From positions 62,001-126,000 of the forward strand of contig CT868669.1 in NCBI GenBank assembly GCA_000165425.1: a stretch of 64,000 nucleotides of DNA, read 5' to 3'. The stretch is from Paramecium tetraurelia. Its lineage: Eukaryota. The notes under the pieces are model-generated. The model saw nothing but the letters and a program-made list of their open reading frames with translations. It searched no databases and was not told the origin of the DNA. Numbering within the stretch: the first letter of the stretch is position 1; each line of letters begins with the position of its first letter. Both the position numbers and the translations under genes were made by a program. Shown here piece after piece: positions 1 to 13,250 of this stretch.

Positions 1-351
1 ATATTGAATAATAACTATTTTCTTTGACTTGGGTTTCTTTCTACAATAATTCCCCCAGTGAAAACTAAATATTCCATAGTATGTTACATATATTGATCCA
101 ATGGAAGCTTTTTTGTCAAGGCATACATCTATCCTATAGCTTTGAAACTTTTTAAAATCAAAGTTAGCCTAAAATGAGGATTTCCAAAAATCATTTTCCT
201 ATTCCATTATAAGTGCCTAATTCACAATCTTAAATATCTGTTCACTTGATTCTTTGTATGCCAGAGAAACTGTAACTTCTTTTGGCTTGAATCCCTTCAA
301 GAACAGCGTAATTCCAACAGAAATGTTTTTAAATATACTATCTTATTTCAT
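1..351 (-). CDS. 5' part of a gene running off the window; possibly copine/C2-domain-like
   Basis: Open frame in the ciliate code from ATG 351: MKQDSIFKNISVGITLFLKGFKPKEVTVSL...FQANFDFKKFQSYRIDVCLDKKASIGS. The F-x-F-x-K-x-Q-x-x-x-I-x-V..IG pattern resembles a copine C2A strand; weak. Confidence 0.4.
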
Positions 352-934
352 CACCACTCAAAATGATATTAATAATTATTAATGGATTTTGATGTATTTA
401 AGAAAAATAAAAAATAATAATTCAATTTATTAATATAATACAAAAATTCAAAATATTCAGTTAACATATTCTCATAATTATTGTGAGTGAATCAATAATA
501 ATTGAATAGAACTATATAATAGATTATAAGTATGTATATTATTAAATTCCCTTAAAGTTGGTGAATCTAATTAATAGAGCATATCTTTTGATTATATACG
601 AATATATATGTGAAATATGTCAAATTCAACAATTTATGTCGTTATAAACCAAACGAAGCTTTAATTTCTAATGATTATTAAGATAATAATTTTTATCAGA
701 TTTCAGCATAATTAATTGTGTAACAATATTAATAAAATAAAATGTTCTCAATTTAATTATAATCAATCTAATATAATTTGGGAATTTAATACTCAAACAT
801 TAGGAACACTCTCAATCTGCAACTTTTTATGAATTCCAAAATAATTTAAGTTTAAGGCTCTATGATTGTTAAGTAACGGACTCATAATTTTTTAAAATAA
901 TTAAATAATGGCATTAGATAATATATATAAAAAT

Positions 935-1985
935 TCAAATCCAAGGGAGTAATTTATAACCGCAAGGTTGGGAATTTTTATAGTGGGGAGTTTCAATATA
1001 TTTCAGTGATTTTTAAAAAAGTTGATATTCCTCCTCTGTGTTCTTCTTATTAAAGTAGTCTATCTAGTTCAGATAGAGTCTTTGGGGATTTAATAGATGG
1101 GATTTCAACGGTTCGTCTAATTTGAATATCCAGAACTCTATGAAGACAATTTAATTCGGATTGACTTGTGTTCTTTTGAACATCTATCTTTGCTCAATTC
1201 GGCACTTGTATTGAGCTCCCTCGTATGTGTTTATATATTGATCAAAATATTAAACACTAGAGATGGATCCAATAGTGAGATCACACCACATCTTTAATGA
1301 GGCACCTATATCAAATATTGAGGGGAGTGTTTTAGTTTCATGGAGATGGTTAAACATCATATCAGAAGTCACTCCCATCAGAGTGTAAAATTGATCGTTG
1401 ACTATTCTTTGTGAAAGTGAACTATTGTCCTTGTTCACTTTTTAAATTATACATTGATATGGGTAGTCTTTAGCTATTTATTCAACTTCCAACAATTCTT
1501 CATTTGATATATAGTAATGTTGTGTGTATTCATTAAGTATGTTAAATCTTTAGTTTACAAGTTGGATCGCCAGTTAAGCGCATGGGTCGTCCTTATGAGA
1601 CAGAATATTAATAATTTATTCAATTGAATAGTTGTCTTGGTCGAGAAGTTCGAGAGTGTAGAAATAGACATCACCAAGTTAATCAGTGCGAGTAACTCTG
1701 TGGTTGTAGGTACAAGGAGTCTCTTTCAAACTTCCCAAACAGTGGTCAGGTATGTAAGAGAGAGCTAACTTTAGTTCCACATCCGCTTTAACAAAGACGT
1801 ATTCTCCAACGGATTTTGGCACTGATACGATACAAATCAATTATTTGATAGGCTAGCGCTTATGATAAGCATTTTCTATCGATTATTGATATATAATTAC
1901 TCTTTTTATTTACACTTTTGGATTATAACGAGATACTAGTCGACTCATCGTGCATGCTAACACGTTGCCTTACAATTTTACTCAT
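935..1985 (-). CDS. Hypothetical protein (ciliate-type family, possible PAS-like segment)
   Basis: MSKIVRQRVSMHDESTSISL..., short GT..AG introns, contains track ORF 1250-1438 (IVNDQFYTLMGV...), ends ...PCGYKLLPWI-TGA. One internal splice near 1440 was not fully resolved. Confidence 0.65.
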
Positions 1986-2481
1986 TGCAAAATACCTAAA
2001 TTATTAATTTTTCTTTAAATCCAAAAATGGGGGATATATTAGCAAACAAGATATTTCGTATTATAGGATTCAAAATACGTAATTTGTAATTATTAGAATA
2101 ATATATATAATTGTTATAAAAATTTAAATATTTTTATAAAAACCTATTTTCCTTCTTTAAAATTGAGTTTATAATTAAATAAAATTAGACTTTCTTAAAA
2201 ACAAAACAGAACTTTAATTTTATCTAATGACTATTTACTTTTAATAATTCAAATTTCAACAAATAATTATTTTTATAAATTTCTCTTTTCAACCAGAATG
2301 GGTATGAATTGATAAATGGATTCCAATTTCATTTCAAACAGTCTTTCCAGATTAAGTAATCTTTTTTTTAAGACATCAAAATACTTTATTTACACTTTCT
2401 GAATCTATGTAAATTAATCATATTATTTATAATCAGTTCACATATTAATTAATAATTAGTTAAAATTAATGACAATCTTAA

Positions 2482-3110
2482 TGTGCTTATTGCAGATGAT
2501 TGTTTTTACTGTTTCTGCATCTAAGAAATCCAAACAGAAACAGTATGAGTATTTGAATGAGAAGGTCTTGTTTATTGTACTTACAGTGTTTGGTAATTAT
2601 GAATAATTATTAAGAGTGAGTTTGATTTCTTTTTGCATTTTGATCTTTATCATACTGGCATGTCTACATCAAGGAGGATTTAGATTGATTCGACAGGAGA
2701 AGTTAAAATAAAAGGAGAAATAATAAGAATAATAAATGATAGTGATAATTCCATAGAATGAGAAATAGCATTACAATTAGTTCCTTTAGGACGTCAACTA
2801 ATCGTTAGATGTTAGCAGATTATCAGATAATTAATGTTGATATTTGTGTATAGAATCATTTCAATTCAGCTGTTCTTTTAAAAAAATCTATAACTTCATT
2901 TTGAGTCCATAATATAATCAATTTGCATTTATATGGTATCAGAGTCATCTGGAGATCCATAAGATAGTTAAATTCATCCTTAATGTCTAGATGAAGTAAT
3001 AACAATAATTAATAAGGAAATTGTTGAACATCTTAAATCCTTGAAATGATATCATGTGGATGTCCTTGATGGTAGGATAAAGTCATAAATATTATATGCA
3101 GTTTTCTTGA
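2482..3110 (+). pseudogene. Possible decayed membrane-protein gene
   Basis: About 115 open codons with two hydrophobic stretches and a Q/K-rich linker, then TGA stops in all frames with no rescuing intron found. Confidence 0.25.
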
Positions 3111-3251
3111 TTCAATTGTGAAATCACTTTTAACATCTTAAATCTAGTATAATTTATCTAATTATTTGAAATACGAATATTTATTAATAAGGTTTTGGCT
3201 AATAATCATTATAATTATTAATTGTTTAAAGGATAATAATTAATGAATATA

Positions 3252-4602
3252 TCATTTCTTTTTGGATACTTTAGCAATTTTAACAGATTTTTGAGCTGCA
3301 TCATCCAAATCTGTGGCTGTTGTAATGGATACTTTGGTTTATGACTTAGCAAATTCATCTAACATTTTAGCTCCTAAAAATGAACAAAATAGTTACCTTG
3401 TTGAGAGTTGGTTCCAGTTAATCTAACAACCAAAGGTGTTTTAAGATCAACCAATTAAGCAGCTTTGATGATACCTTCAGCAATGATGTTGCATTTCATG
3501 ATACCACCGAAGATATTGATGAGGATGGTCTCAACCTTGGGATGAGAATTCAAGATTTCGAATGCAGTTTTGACTTATTCAACATTGGCACCACCTCCAA
3601 CATCTAAGAAATTGGCAGGGTCTCCTCCATATAATTTGATGATGTCCATAGTAGCCATAGCTAATCCTGCTCCATTAACCATGCAGCCAATATTTCCATC
3701 TAAGGCAACATAATTCAATCCAGCTGCCAATGCCAACTCCTCATGAGGATCTACTTATTCAGAGGCAACAGATGTCTTTCTTAATTCAATCAATTCCTTT
3801 TATCTGAATTTAGCATTGTCATCAACATTGATCTTAGCATCAATGCAAAATAATTTATTCTTTGGATCTGTTGCCCATGGATTAATTTCAACTTGAGTAG
3901 CATCAAGAGTAATGAACATCTTGTATAGATTCTTCAATTATTCAATAGCTTATTATCTGACTGCTTATAATTACAAAGTGTCGATCACTTTATTAGCAAT
4001 TTGATCTGTCAATCCAGTATTGACATCAATTGGTAATACGATGATACTGTTTGGATCAGTCTTAGCAACTTCTTCGATTTCCATTCCTCCATTGATTGAG
4101 GCAACAATGGCTGGTTTTTAGGAATTTCTATCCAAAATAAATGCTATATATAATTGACGTACGATATCCACACCTTCATGAACGAGTACTGCATTTACTT
4201 ATAATCCCTAATTAATAGATAAGTGTGCATACTTCTTTGGGTGTTTAATGAGTGACCAATTTATATCCGATCATTTATTTGGTATAATTGGCTACTTCTT
4301 CTGGAGTTTTGCAGATCTTGACTCCTCCTTTCAATCCACTTGATAGAGTTCCTTGAATTTTAAATGATTCGTATACCTTTGCCTCTTCCTCCTGCATGAA
4401 CTTATGACTTCAAGATCAATCCACCACTAGGATCAAGTTTCTTAGCTACTTTGGCTGCTTCTTCTGCATTCAAGGCAATTTCTCCTTTCTACACTTGTAC
4501 ATTGAATCTTCTCATCAAATCCTTACTTTGATACTCGTGAAGATCAAAGCATTTTACAACCTTATGTTATAATGCAGCCAACCGTGCAATTCGATTGAAC
4601 AT
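3252..4602 (-). CDS. sucC: Succinyl-CoA ligase beta subunit, mitochondrial
   Basis: Presequence-like [14 protein letters not shown], then [68 protein letters not shown]. Short introns, e.g. 3374-3396. Confidence 0.96.
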
Positions 4603-4649
4603 TTATTTTAAATCTTTTTATGAAATCAAACCAATATAAATATATTATA

Positions 4650-5631
4650 TCATAATTTTCCTAGATGTCTTCTCACCTCCACTCTATTCTCAATTCTGTA
4701 GGTCTTGTACATTTTGGAGAAATACCAATCACACAATTTGCCTAGAATCCATATATTATATACCTATGAATGTATTTTCTGCAAAGTTCAAATCCATTAA
4801 GTGGACGATCGAATTCATCAATCTAATGTCTCCAAAATACTCTCTGCCTTCCTTTTGTTCAGACAAAACCAAATTGCACATTTGTGTAAATATCATTAAA
4901 CTAAATCCAAATAAGTGATTTTTCATTCCCAAATCTACCTATCCAAACAAACCATGGTCAAAGTTTCTCACTATTTCATCAATCATTTTTGGGAATTTTT
5001 GAAAAAACGATTTGACCATAAAAAATGTGAATGATTATGTGCATTTTCCCAATCTAATTTTATCACTCAAGTCGTAGAAGTAAGAGATTGGAATCCACTT
5101 GCAATCTTGCAACTCCTATTAATTTAATGTAACTTGGGGTTACTCACCTGAGACCATAAAAATATGGCAACAAACTTTTAAACCTTTAGGAGCATCCTTG
5201 ATCTCAATATTGTTTGGAAGACGACCCAAATAAAATGTTTGGTGTTTCCTCAAATCTACATCCACTTCCTCCATTACTTCTCTTATTACAGCCTCAAAGT
5301 CACTCTCCTCATTGTCCAACTTTCCACCAGGAAAACAAATCTCATTTGAATGGATGTCTCGTAAATTGAATTAGCGTTAACAAACCATCAATTTACATTC
5401 AAAACTTTCCTGTCTCAACAATTCCAATAAGTGACTTTAACTGCAAATGCTCTTCATGTGAGCTTATCCTAAGGTTGGCAATTTTGAACTAATTGTATTT
5501 GGTGTCCAAAATATGATGGCTACAGCTGCCTATTTTAAATTTGATTATTCTTTGAAGAAAACCTAGTGCTTGTTTTTGGATCTTTGATTTCCATTATATA
5601 CGTACCATATAAATTTAGCATTCTTATTCAT
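4650..5631 (-). CDS. Nudix hydrolase, CoA pyrophosphatase-like (NUDT7/PCD1 type)
   Basis: QAAVAIIF, HSNEICFPGGKLDNEESDFEAVIREVMEEVDV (Nudix box), LFGFS; C-terminus RHLGKL. Confidence 0.88.
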
Positions 5632-5852
5632 TTATTTAATTTAATTGAGAAATTCTCAAGCCAATTAAAATTCATATATACTATTATTTATATTATTTAA
5701 TCCTTAAAGGAATGGATTCAAATTTTAAATTACCATTTAAAAATTCCTTCCTCCAGTCTATGCAAAACGATGCTTCTCATAGAACCATTTCGTAATTTAA
5801 CTATTATGTGTTGTTAATAAAATATAAAGACTGATTTAATCAATAGATTTTT

Positions 5853-6083
5853 TCAATTCCGACTTTAGCAAGACAAAGGAGATTTTGAATTAGTAGCCAC
5901 TCTCAGTGACAGTTTGCTTTGCTGAACTCGTCTGACTAGGATAGAGTTGTTTTTCATTTCTAGCCAATTGTCCTGAATTTTTTCAATGTTTGATGATTTT
6001 ATATCACTTAACAGGATAGGGACATTATTAATGTCTAAATCTTTCTTCCTTTTTTAATGACCACTGGCATTAATACATCCCAT
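5853..6083 (-). CDS. 76-aa MGC-start microprotein
   Basis: Intronless: MGCINASGHQKRKKDLDINNVPILLSDIKSSNIEKIQDNWLEMKNNSILVRRVQQSKLSLRVATNSKSPLSCQSRN. Confidence 0.7.
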
Positions 6084-6199
6084 ATCTATTTTTTATTATT
6101 AATTAATAATTTACTATTGAGTGAAAATATATGTAAATACAAGAAAAATTTATCCAGAATGATTAATATAAAAAAGGAAAATATAAAAGGTATAAAAAC

Positions 6200-7663
6200 T
6201 CAATTAATAGATTTGATCACATTAACTTAATAGTTTTACTTGATAGTATTTTGCTGAATAGGGTTCTTAAAATTAAAATATACTGATGTAAAGTGAAGTA
6301 GGTTATATTTAATTTCTAAATCCTAGCTTTCTTTTTCCATTAATTGCTTTTCGAAATTTTAAGGCAACAGCGGGTTTGCTTCAGCGATGCCTTCAAAAGT
6401 AGATATACGAGCCATATTATTGTTTTATTAAACAGCCAAGCATTCCATAATGTCCGAAGATGAAAACCCAACCTTAACACTATTTTTGCTTCCTTGCGTC
6501 TCCACAATACTAAACTGCACTTGGCTAGTTAGATTATCAGATGATATCACTTATTCCTCTTGAGCAGCAATAGTTTTGACATTTAAGTTGATTTAGGTTT
6601 CGCCCATAAATGGTCTAAGAAAGATATTAATAGATGATATACTTCCTAATAGTCACGCAGCTCTAGAAATTCAGTTCACAGGAGTTCCTCTGTTTTTTGT
6701 GGTGTTTCTTCTTTTCTTATTTGATTGCTTAATTGGTCCAATCCAATCCCAATTCAACTGTGTTTTGTAACTTGGATAGGAACAAACCTCTCAGCATAGC
6801 GTACTTGGGTTTAGCACTTGGCTTTAGTTCCTTAACATATTTCATATACCTAAATTATATAATTGGGAATGTACTTAAGCATTGAATTGGGACACCCGAA
6901 ACACAAATCTTCCAATAAGACATTTTCTTTCAGCCTACCAATTTTGTCTAATCTTTGATCGTCTGCTTTTTCGATTTTCATCCAAGGCAAGTGTTGTGTG
7001 GTTAAGTAGATCAGTACATACCCAAGGGATTCGAGGTCGTCCTTGAGTGTTTGTTCTATTCCTTGATGGGCTGCGAGACTGGCGTATCTGCTTGTGCCGA
7101 TAAATGAGAATTATTTCTTTTTGTGTGTGAAATTTGAATCGGTGTCTTTTGAAATTCCGAAATCAATCAAATAAATCTTGTCTGAGCCATTTTTACTCAA
7201 AATATTTTCTGGTTTGATGTCCCTATGAATTATATTCCTGACATAAATGATTTTATTATACTTTTTGTGCATCTATTCCAAAATCCACAGCAATTGGTAA
7301 GCAATACTATTAATGCATTACGACGACAATTGGCCTGACTGTTTCTGATAGTAGATGAGATCGTGTCCCAGCATTTTCATTACCATGATGTTGCATTTCT
7401 TATACTCGCCATGCCACAACAATTCAGGAATTGATGGAACTCCCTTCAATTTACCCAACATTTCGATCTTGAGTTAGAAGATGTGTTACTTCACGCACAA
7501 GAGTGCCAAAACTTGCCATCTCCTTTCTCTCCACCTTAATTGCGACTCCTTTGTTTGTTTTAATGCTTTTCCCGTAAAAAACTATTCCAAATGAACCTTG
7601 TGACAGTTTCTTTATTATTTCGTATTGATTGTCGATAATGTCCCCTATTTAAATTTAGAGCAT
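6200..7663 (-). CDS. Casein kinase 1-like Ser/Thr kinase
   Basis: LSQGSFGIVF, VAIKVE, MVMKMLGHDL, IIHRDIKPENIL, LIDFGISK, FIGTSRYAS, KDDLESLGY; several short introns. Confidence 0.92.
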
Positions 7664-7989
7664 AAATTTATTATTAGAAAGAGAAGCAGAATTTAATTTA
7701 GTTATGTTTATAGAAGAGATTAAATGGGGAAATAATAAATAAGCCAATAATTCATATATTCGAGAATCTAATTCCTGTTTGGGTTTATAAAATCCTATAA
7801 TTAAATTATAAGAATGATTGAAATAACCAAATATCACTTCTTAATTTTAATAAAATGAGGAAGTGAATTATTATTTGGTATTATTAAAAGCGTGTGTATC
7901 GTATTAAGTAATTTATTACAAAACTAAAAATGAAATATTTGTACTTTTAGTGTTTCTCAAATATTTGTAATTTTGTATAATTAATTAAA

Positions 7990-10538
7990 ATGGGAAGTTG
8001 TCAGTCCTCCAACACTGTGGATGTGTCATGTAATCACAATCGACCTCACATTGCAATATGTCTGGGCAAAGCATGCACAAGAGACGAAGGAGACAGAAGA
8101 CTGTGTGAAGAATGTCTGGTTGACCATATGTGCAATGATCGTATCACGATAGATGAAGGTATGCAATTATATTCTATTGAAAAGCAATCAAGCACGATAG
8201 TTACGGCATTTAGGAAATAGTGGAGAAGTTCGATAGAGATTAAAATTCACCTAATGCAACTGGTGGATTAACTTAATCATTAGCAAATTTTAAAAATAAT
8301 TTCTTTGAGAGCTTTAAATCATATCAAGGATATTATGATATCTATTTGAATCAGTACCTACTTTAAGGAATGCCTGATGCAGAACTATTTGGAGAAGCTG
8401 CTAGTTAAATTGTGGAGGCATTTGAAAAAAATGATTTAGGTTACATCTAAAAATAAGGATGCTAGATATTGCTCAACACATACAACAATCAATCATTGAT
8501 CAAGTAGATAGTCGGAAATTTGGACTAAGCCTCAAAGAAGATCTCAATTTATTAGAGTTAGGTGGAATAGAAAATGCGGAGGTTATAAGACTCATTCTTC
8601 AAGGAACTTCTCTCATTGCCATATAATACTGCCAAATCATTTAATGGTTCCATTTTGAGTATTGACCCAAAAACTTATTCATATGAATTCTCAGCATACT
8701 TGACAACTGTAGATACAAATAGAATGAGTGGATCATTGATCTCATTGAATTGCAGTGATCACAATCAAAAAATATAGGTGATCTGTTGTGATAGATGTCC
8801 CAATAAAGACATAAGATTGTGTGGTCAATGTCTGATAACTCATAAATGCAATGCGGGGTAAAGAATCAAATTGAAATCTTTCGGTTAGGATCAAGCTGCA
8901 ATAATTGAGGCTGCTATGAAATATCAAAAGAAGGTAATCTTGTATCTTGATTAAACTTGTAGAAATAAGAGATATAGGATGCTAAATCTAAGGTAAAGGC
9001 CATTTTTGAAGACTTTATGAGATAGACCATCAAGGAAATCGAAATGTTGGGATAGAATTCTAAACGAATGATGCTCGAGTCTCAGTTGGATGGAATCGAC
9101 TCATAGATCAAGTAGGAATTGCCAGCTTATGTGAACAAATTAAAACTAGTACATATTGATATTTTATTAGTGGTATTTGCCAATCGGAGCATGGTGAGTT
9201 TAGACTAAAGAGGTGTGGCAATCATTGCTTACTTGATTCAACATCCAGAAATAAAAAACTAATTGGTTGCCTTTGATGCATCCAGCAATGCAGTTTAATT
9301 CTTGAATAAATTAGTTGTGTAATTAGAAGATGTCTCGAAGAGGTTCTTATAGAATGTATCCCAAGTTGAAGACAGTATGATGTATTATTAAATATAGTCG
9401 CGACTTTTGAAAAGAAACCAAGCTAAAATCTAGAATCCTCACAAATATACACAACCAACATTGTGGCTAATTATGGTGCTACCATATCTCCCTTGGGGAT
9501 GAACCAGTCATTATAGAGGTAACCATCAGCTAATTTAAATTTCAAAACAGATTAATCTTTTGAGAATAAATTAGATAGTTGTCCTGTAATCAAAGTGCTT
9601 TAAGATTTTGGAGAAGATCAAGACAACTATGTGAGTGACATCATCTTCTATTAAAATTACCTGATAGTCTCAACTGTGGATGGACTGATCGTTATTTATT
9701 CAGGTATTGGAGAGAATAAGATTGGAGAATACTAATTTGAAGGCAAATGCACTAGCATCTGTGGATTCGTATATTAAGGCAAATTGGCTGTGGCTGCATG
9801 GTAATCCTAATTCTCTAAGCATGTAGCATTGGTAATTTCGAAGAATAGATCATTGGAATCATCACTTTCGAGAAGACCGTTTAATTTTAAGGGCAATTAC
9901 AAGGACACTCTGATCCCATTTTGATGATAAAACAACTGATAAAACCAGAATATCTGGTCAGTTGTTCTGGGGATCATAGTGTCAAGATCTGGGATACATC
10001 CTCTAGTGGATTATTGGAAAGCATTAAGGCAAAGACTATCAACAATCATAAGATGGCAGTCAGGGATGTCATTCTAATTAATAGTAATCAACTCGTATCT
10101 GGATCCTTCGATGAGACCATCCAAATCTATGATCTGAAATCAGACCGAATCAACTATGCCATCCAATGCGAGGATTGGATTTATTGTGTATAATCTTGTT
10201 ATTAATTGCAGTTACAAAACATTACAGAGAAAGCGTTTGCTGCAGGCACTGGCTCTGGAGATGTTAGAATTATTAGTACGTCTAATTATAGTGAGATGCA
10301 GAGGGTCAGAGTCGCTCCTAATTATATTAAGAGTATCATGGTGTTTTCTAATCCCAACTATCTGTTCTTATCCTGCAAAAATAGAGACAATTACATCATT
10401 CGCATACAGGAATATAGGCAAATTGATTACATTACGAAGACTGATGAAGTCGACTTTGTTCCTGAAGGGATTTGCATCATTGACAATTACCTCTTATATG
10501 GAGAAGCCAATTCAGTTAAAATTAAATATGCTAGTTGA
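7990..10538 (+). CDS. N-acylated protein with two Cys/His Zn modules, coiled coil and C-terminal WD40 repeats
   Basis: MGSC start; CNHNRPHIAIC...LCEECLVDH and CSDHNQKIQVICCDRC...LCGQCLITH; WD40 repeats GHSDPI...LVSCSGDHSVKIWD and NHKMAV...LVSGSFDETIQIYD. Confidence 0.85.
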
Positions 10539-10579
10539 TATATTATATTTTATTTTATTTAATATAATATAATTTTAAT

Positions 10580-12837
10580 ATGTTTGAGGATACATATCAA
10601 AATCTATTTGCATCATCCAATTAAATTGCTGCCTTATCCATCGATTGTAATTACTATATTGTTATTTCCAAGCCAATTTACATCAAGAGTGGCAGTCTTC
10701 GTAGAATCTTTAAGAATGTACAATATGACACTTATGAGAATCAACAATTATAAGATTTCAAGATATATCTTGATTCAATTCCTGTTGAATATCTAAAAGA
10801 GTATTGATAATCTTATAATATTTGAGAGTTCAAAATGATTCTGTGCTATTGCGGTTCTTGTATACTCATCAATTTGTAAAAGCAGACACAGTTAATTATT
10901 TTGTGGATCACTTAAATTGGTTAAACAATCCAGAAACCATGAATTTGGAAGATATCCCATAATATTCTAAATTAGTTTAAGTTATTGGGAGAGATGAAAT
11001 GCTACGACCTGTGCTTCACATTTGCTTAAATCTCCCTCTCGATGACTTATTTGTTAAAGCAATCTCAAATAAACTTATCATTATGGAAGATTATATGTTT
11101 GTTCCTGGTAAAGTGGAGAGTTGGATTATAATAGTTCATTTAAGTTAAACTAGCCAAAACATTAAACCTGAATAAATTGATAAGCCATCAAGCACTTTGT
11201 CACTAATTTTCCTATGTCTTTAGAGCAAATCTATTTTTTAGAAGTAAATTTGATATTGAAATAAATTGGTGAAAATGTTTTAAAACTACATGAAATAAAA
11301 AAATTGAATTTTGCTGATAAAATAACTATTATGGACAAAGCAAAGTTTGAAAAGGAGAAAATATAATTTTTATCCCCAGAATAAATTCATTTATTTGAAA
11401 GTGATCATTTACCAAATCAGAGCATATAGCAAAACCAATAGAATTAATTTTCCATTTTTTAATAATAACCATCATAACCTTCTTTTCTACTTCCATCCTC
11501 TCCAAATCAAGTGATACATAATTAACCACATCAAATAGCACAGCAACCAGTACGATTAATTCTTAATTAACCAGAACCAACTTTTTATGGTCACCCACAA
11601 AAATTATCAAATGAGACAGAATTAGTTGGACCACTCTATCCTATGATTGTGTATGCCTCTGCCTTACCATAACCATATGTACCAGAATATCACAAAAAAG
11701 AAATTTCAATACAACCTGCAACTCAAGTGGATCCTCATCATCATTTAATAAATAGCAATTAAAATAACTATTCTCATCATTTCCCTAACAATTTAAACAC
11801 TTAGAACAACTGTCAATAATACCAAAGTGGTTATTCCAATCCAGATCATCTATTGTAAATTATTATTCATTTATACTCTTAGTCGAACTAAATATGACGA
11901 CATAATTGACTAATATAATTGGAATAAATATGGAGTAACTCAATAATTACCATCCGTTGAGCCTGATAAAATCATTCATGATGTAACTATGCACATTTCC
12001 TCATCTCTTCAATAACATACATCGTTAATTCCTACAATTTAAGGAACACAATAAACAATTTAAAAAAATGACTTCAATTTTAATCCTGACATCTATTCAA
12101 CCTATAATAATAATAATCATTTCTAAGATCCTATTTTAAACAATAAAGATCATTTCCCTTTAATTTCAGAGCATCCTAGCTTTACACATTATGATCATTT
12201 ACTAGAACCACCAAGTAAATACACCAAGATTGACCCACCTATTGATCCAGTGACCCCATTTAATTAATATAATTAAGGAATAGGAATTGATCAATAGCCC
12301 TATCAACCGTATTAGAAAATAAATTCCTATCCTCCCATTCATCATTTAATCGAAAAGAAATATGATTTTGGTCCAATTCCTAATAGACCATCAGAGCATT
12401 CCTTTACGAACTCCTAAATTACCTATGATAAACCCTTCATTCCTGATCGCAGCTCTATTGACACTCCAATCACAACTATCAATTACATTCAACCAAAATA
12501 TTAAAGTTAGACACCGTAGATGGTAAATAATTTACAATTAAATTACTAACCTTCCCATCCTCAAATTATTCCTTTATCAACAATTCCATAACATTTTGAC
12601 TATTCTCCGTACAATCCAAAACAGCATGTAAGTCCCACTCCAAGCAGTAACAATCTATACACTGCACCTAATTATCCCATCCCTACCATCAAACAAATTG
12701 AATAGCCTAAAATTGTAGAGTAAAATGGGATCAAATTCTAAGATGAGACCATGGTTATAGATGACAATGATCATAGATAAACTAAATCTTCTAATAGAGA
12801 CCCTGCATTGCAATAATAGCAATGTGCAATTTATTGA
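10580..12837 (+). CDS. Sec14/CRAL-TRIO lipid-binding protein with long P/Q/N-rich tail and terminal CaaX; one apparent frameshift near 11183
   Basis: DSVLLRFLY, VIGRDEMLRPVL, VPGKVESWIII, [frameshift] AIKHFVTNFPMSLEQIYFL; low-complexity tail ending QQQQCAIY-TGA. Tail frame not checked codon by codon. Confidence 0.78.
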
Positions 12838-13040
12838 TATTTTTATATGAATTTTTAAAATATTTAACAACTATAATTAATTAGTATTAATCTATCTAAT
12901 TTTAAGATACATTTTAATATGAATAATATCAAAAATGAATTCGCATATAATATTAATTAACTTGATTTTATTAATTCACTGAGGCTATGGTCATACCATT
13001 CAAAAATCTAAATTATTATCTCACATTAATATTAAAATAA

Positions 13041-13250
13041 ATGGGTTGTTCATAAACTAAGACAAAATAATCAATATTGGCCAATCAAAATTATTTGTAA
13101 TCTATCCAGAATGAGGCTAAGACTTAATAAAATTTCGAGAAGGACAATGTTAAATATAATATTCTGAAGAATCCTATTATAAGAAGAAGAACTGAAAGAA
13201 AAAATAAATTACCTAACACTACAGCTTGTACTCCAACTTCGATTTAATGA
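13041..13250 (+). CDS. 69-aa MGC-start microprotein
   Basis: Intronless: MGCSQTKTKQSILANQNYLQSIQNEAKTQQNFEKDNVKYNILKNPIIRRRTERKNKLPNTTACTPTSIQ. Confidence 0.72.
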
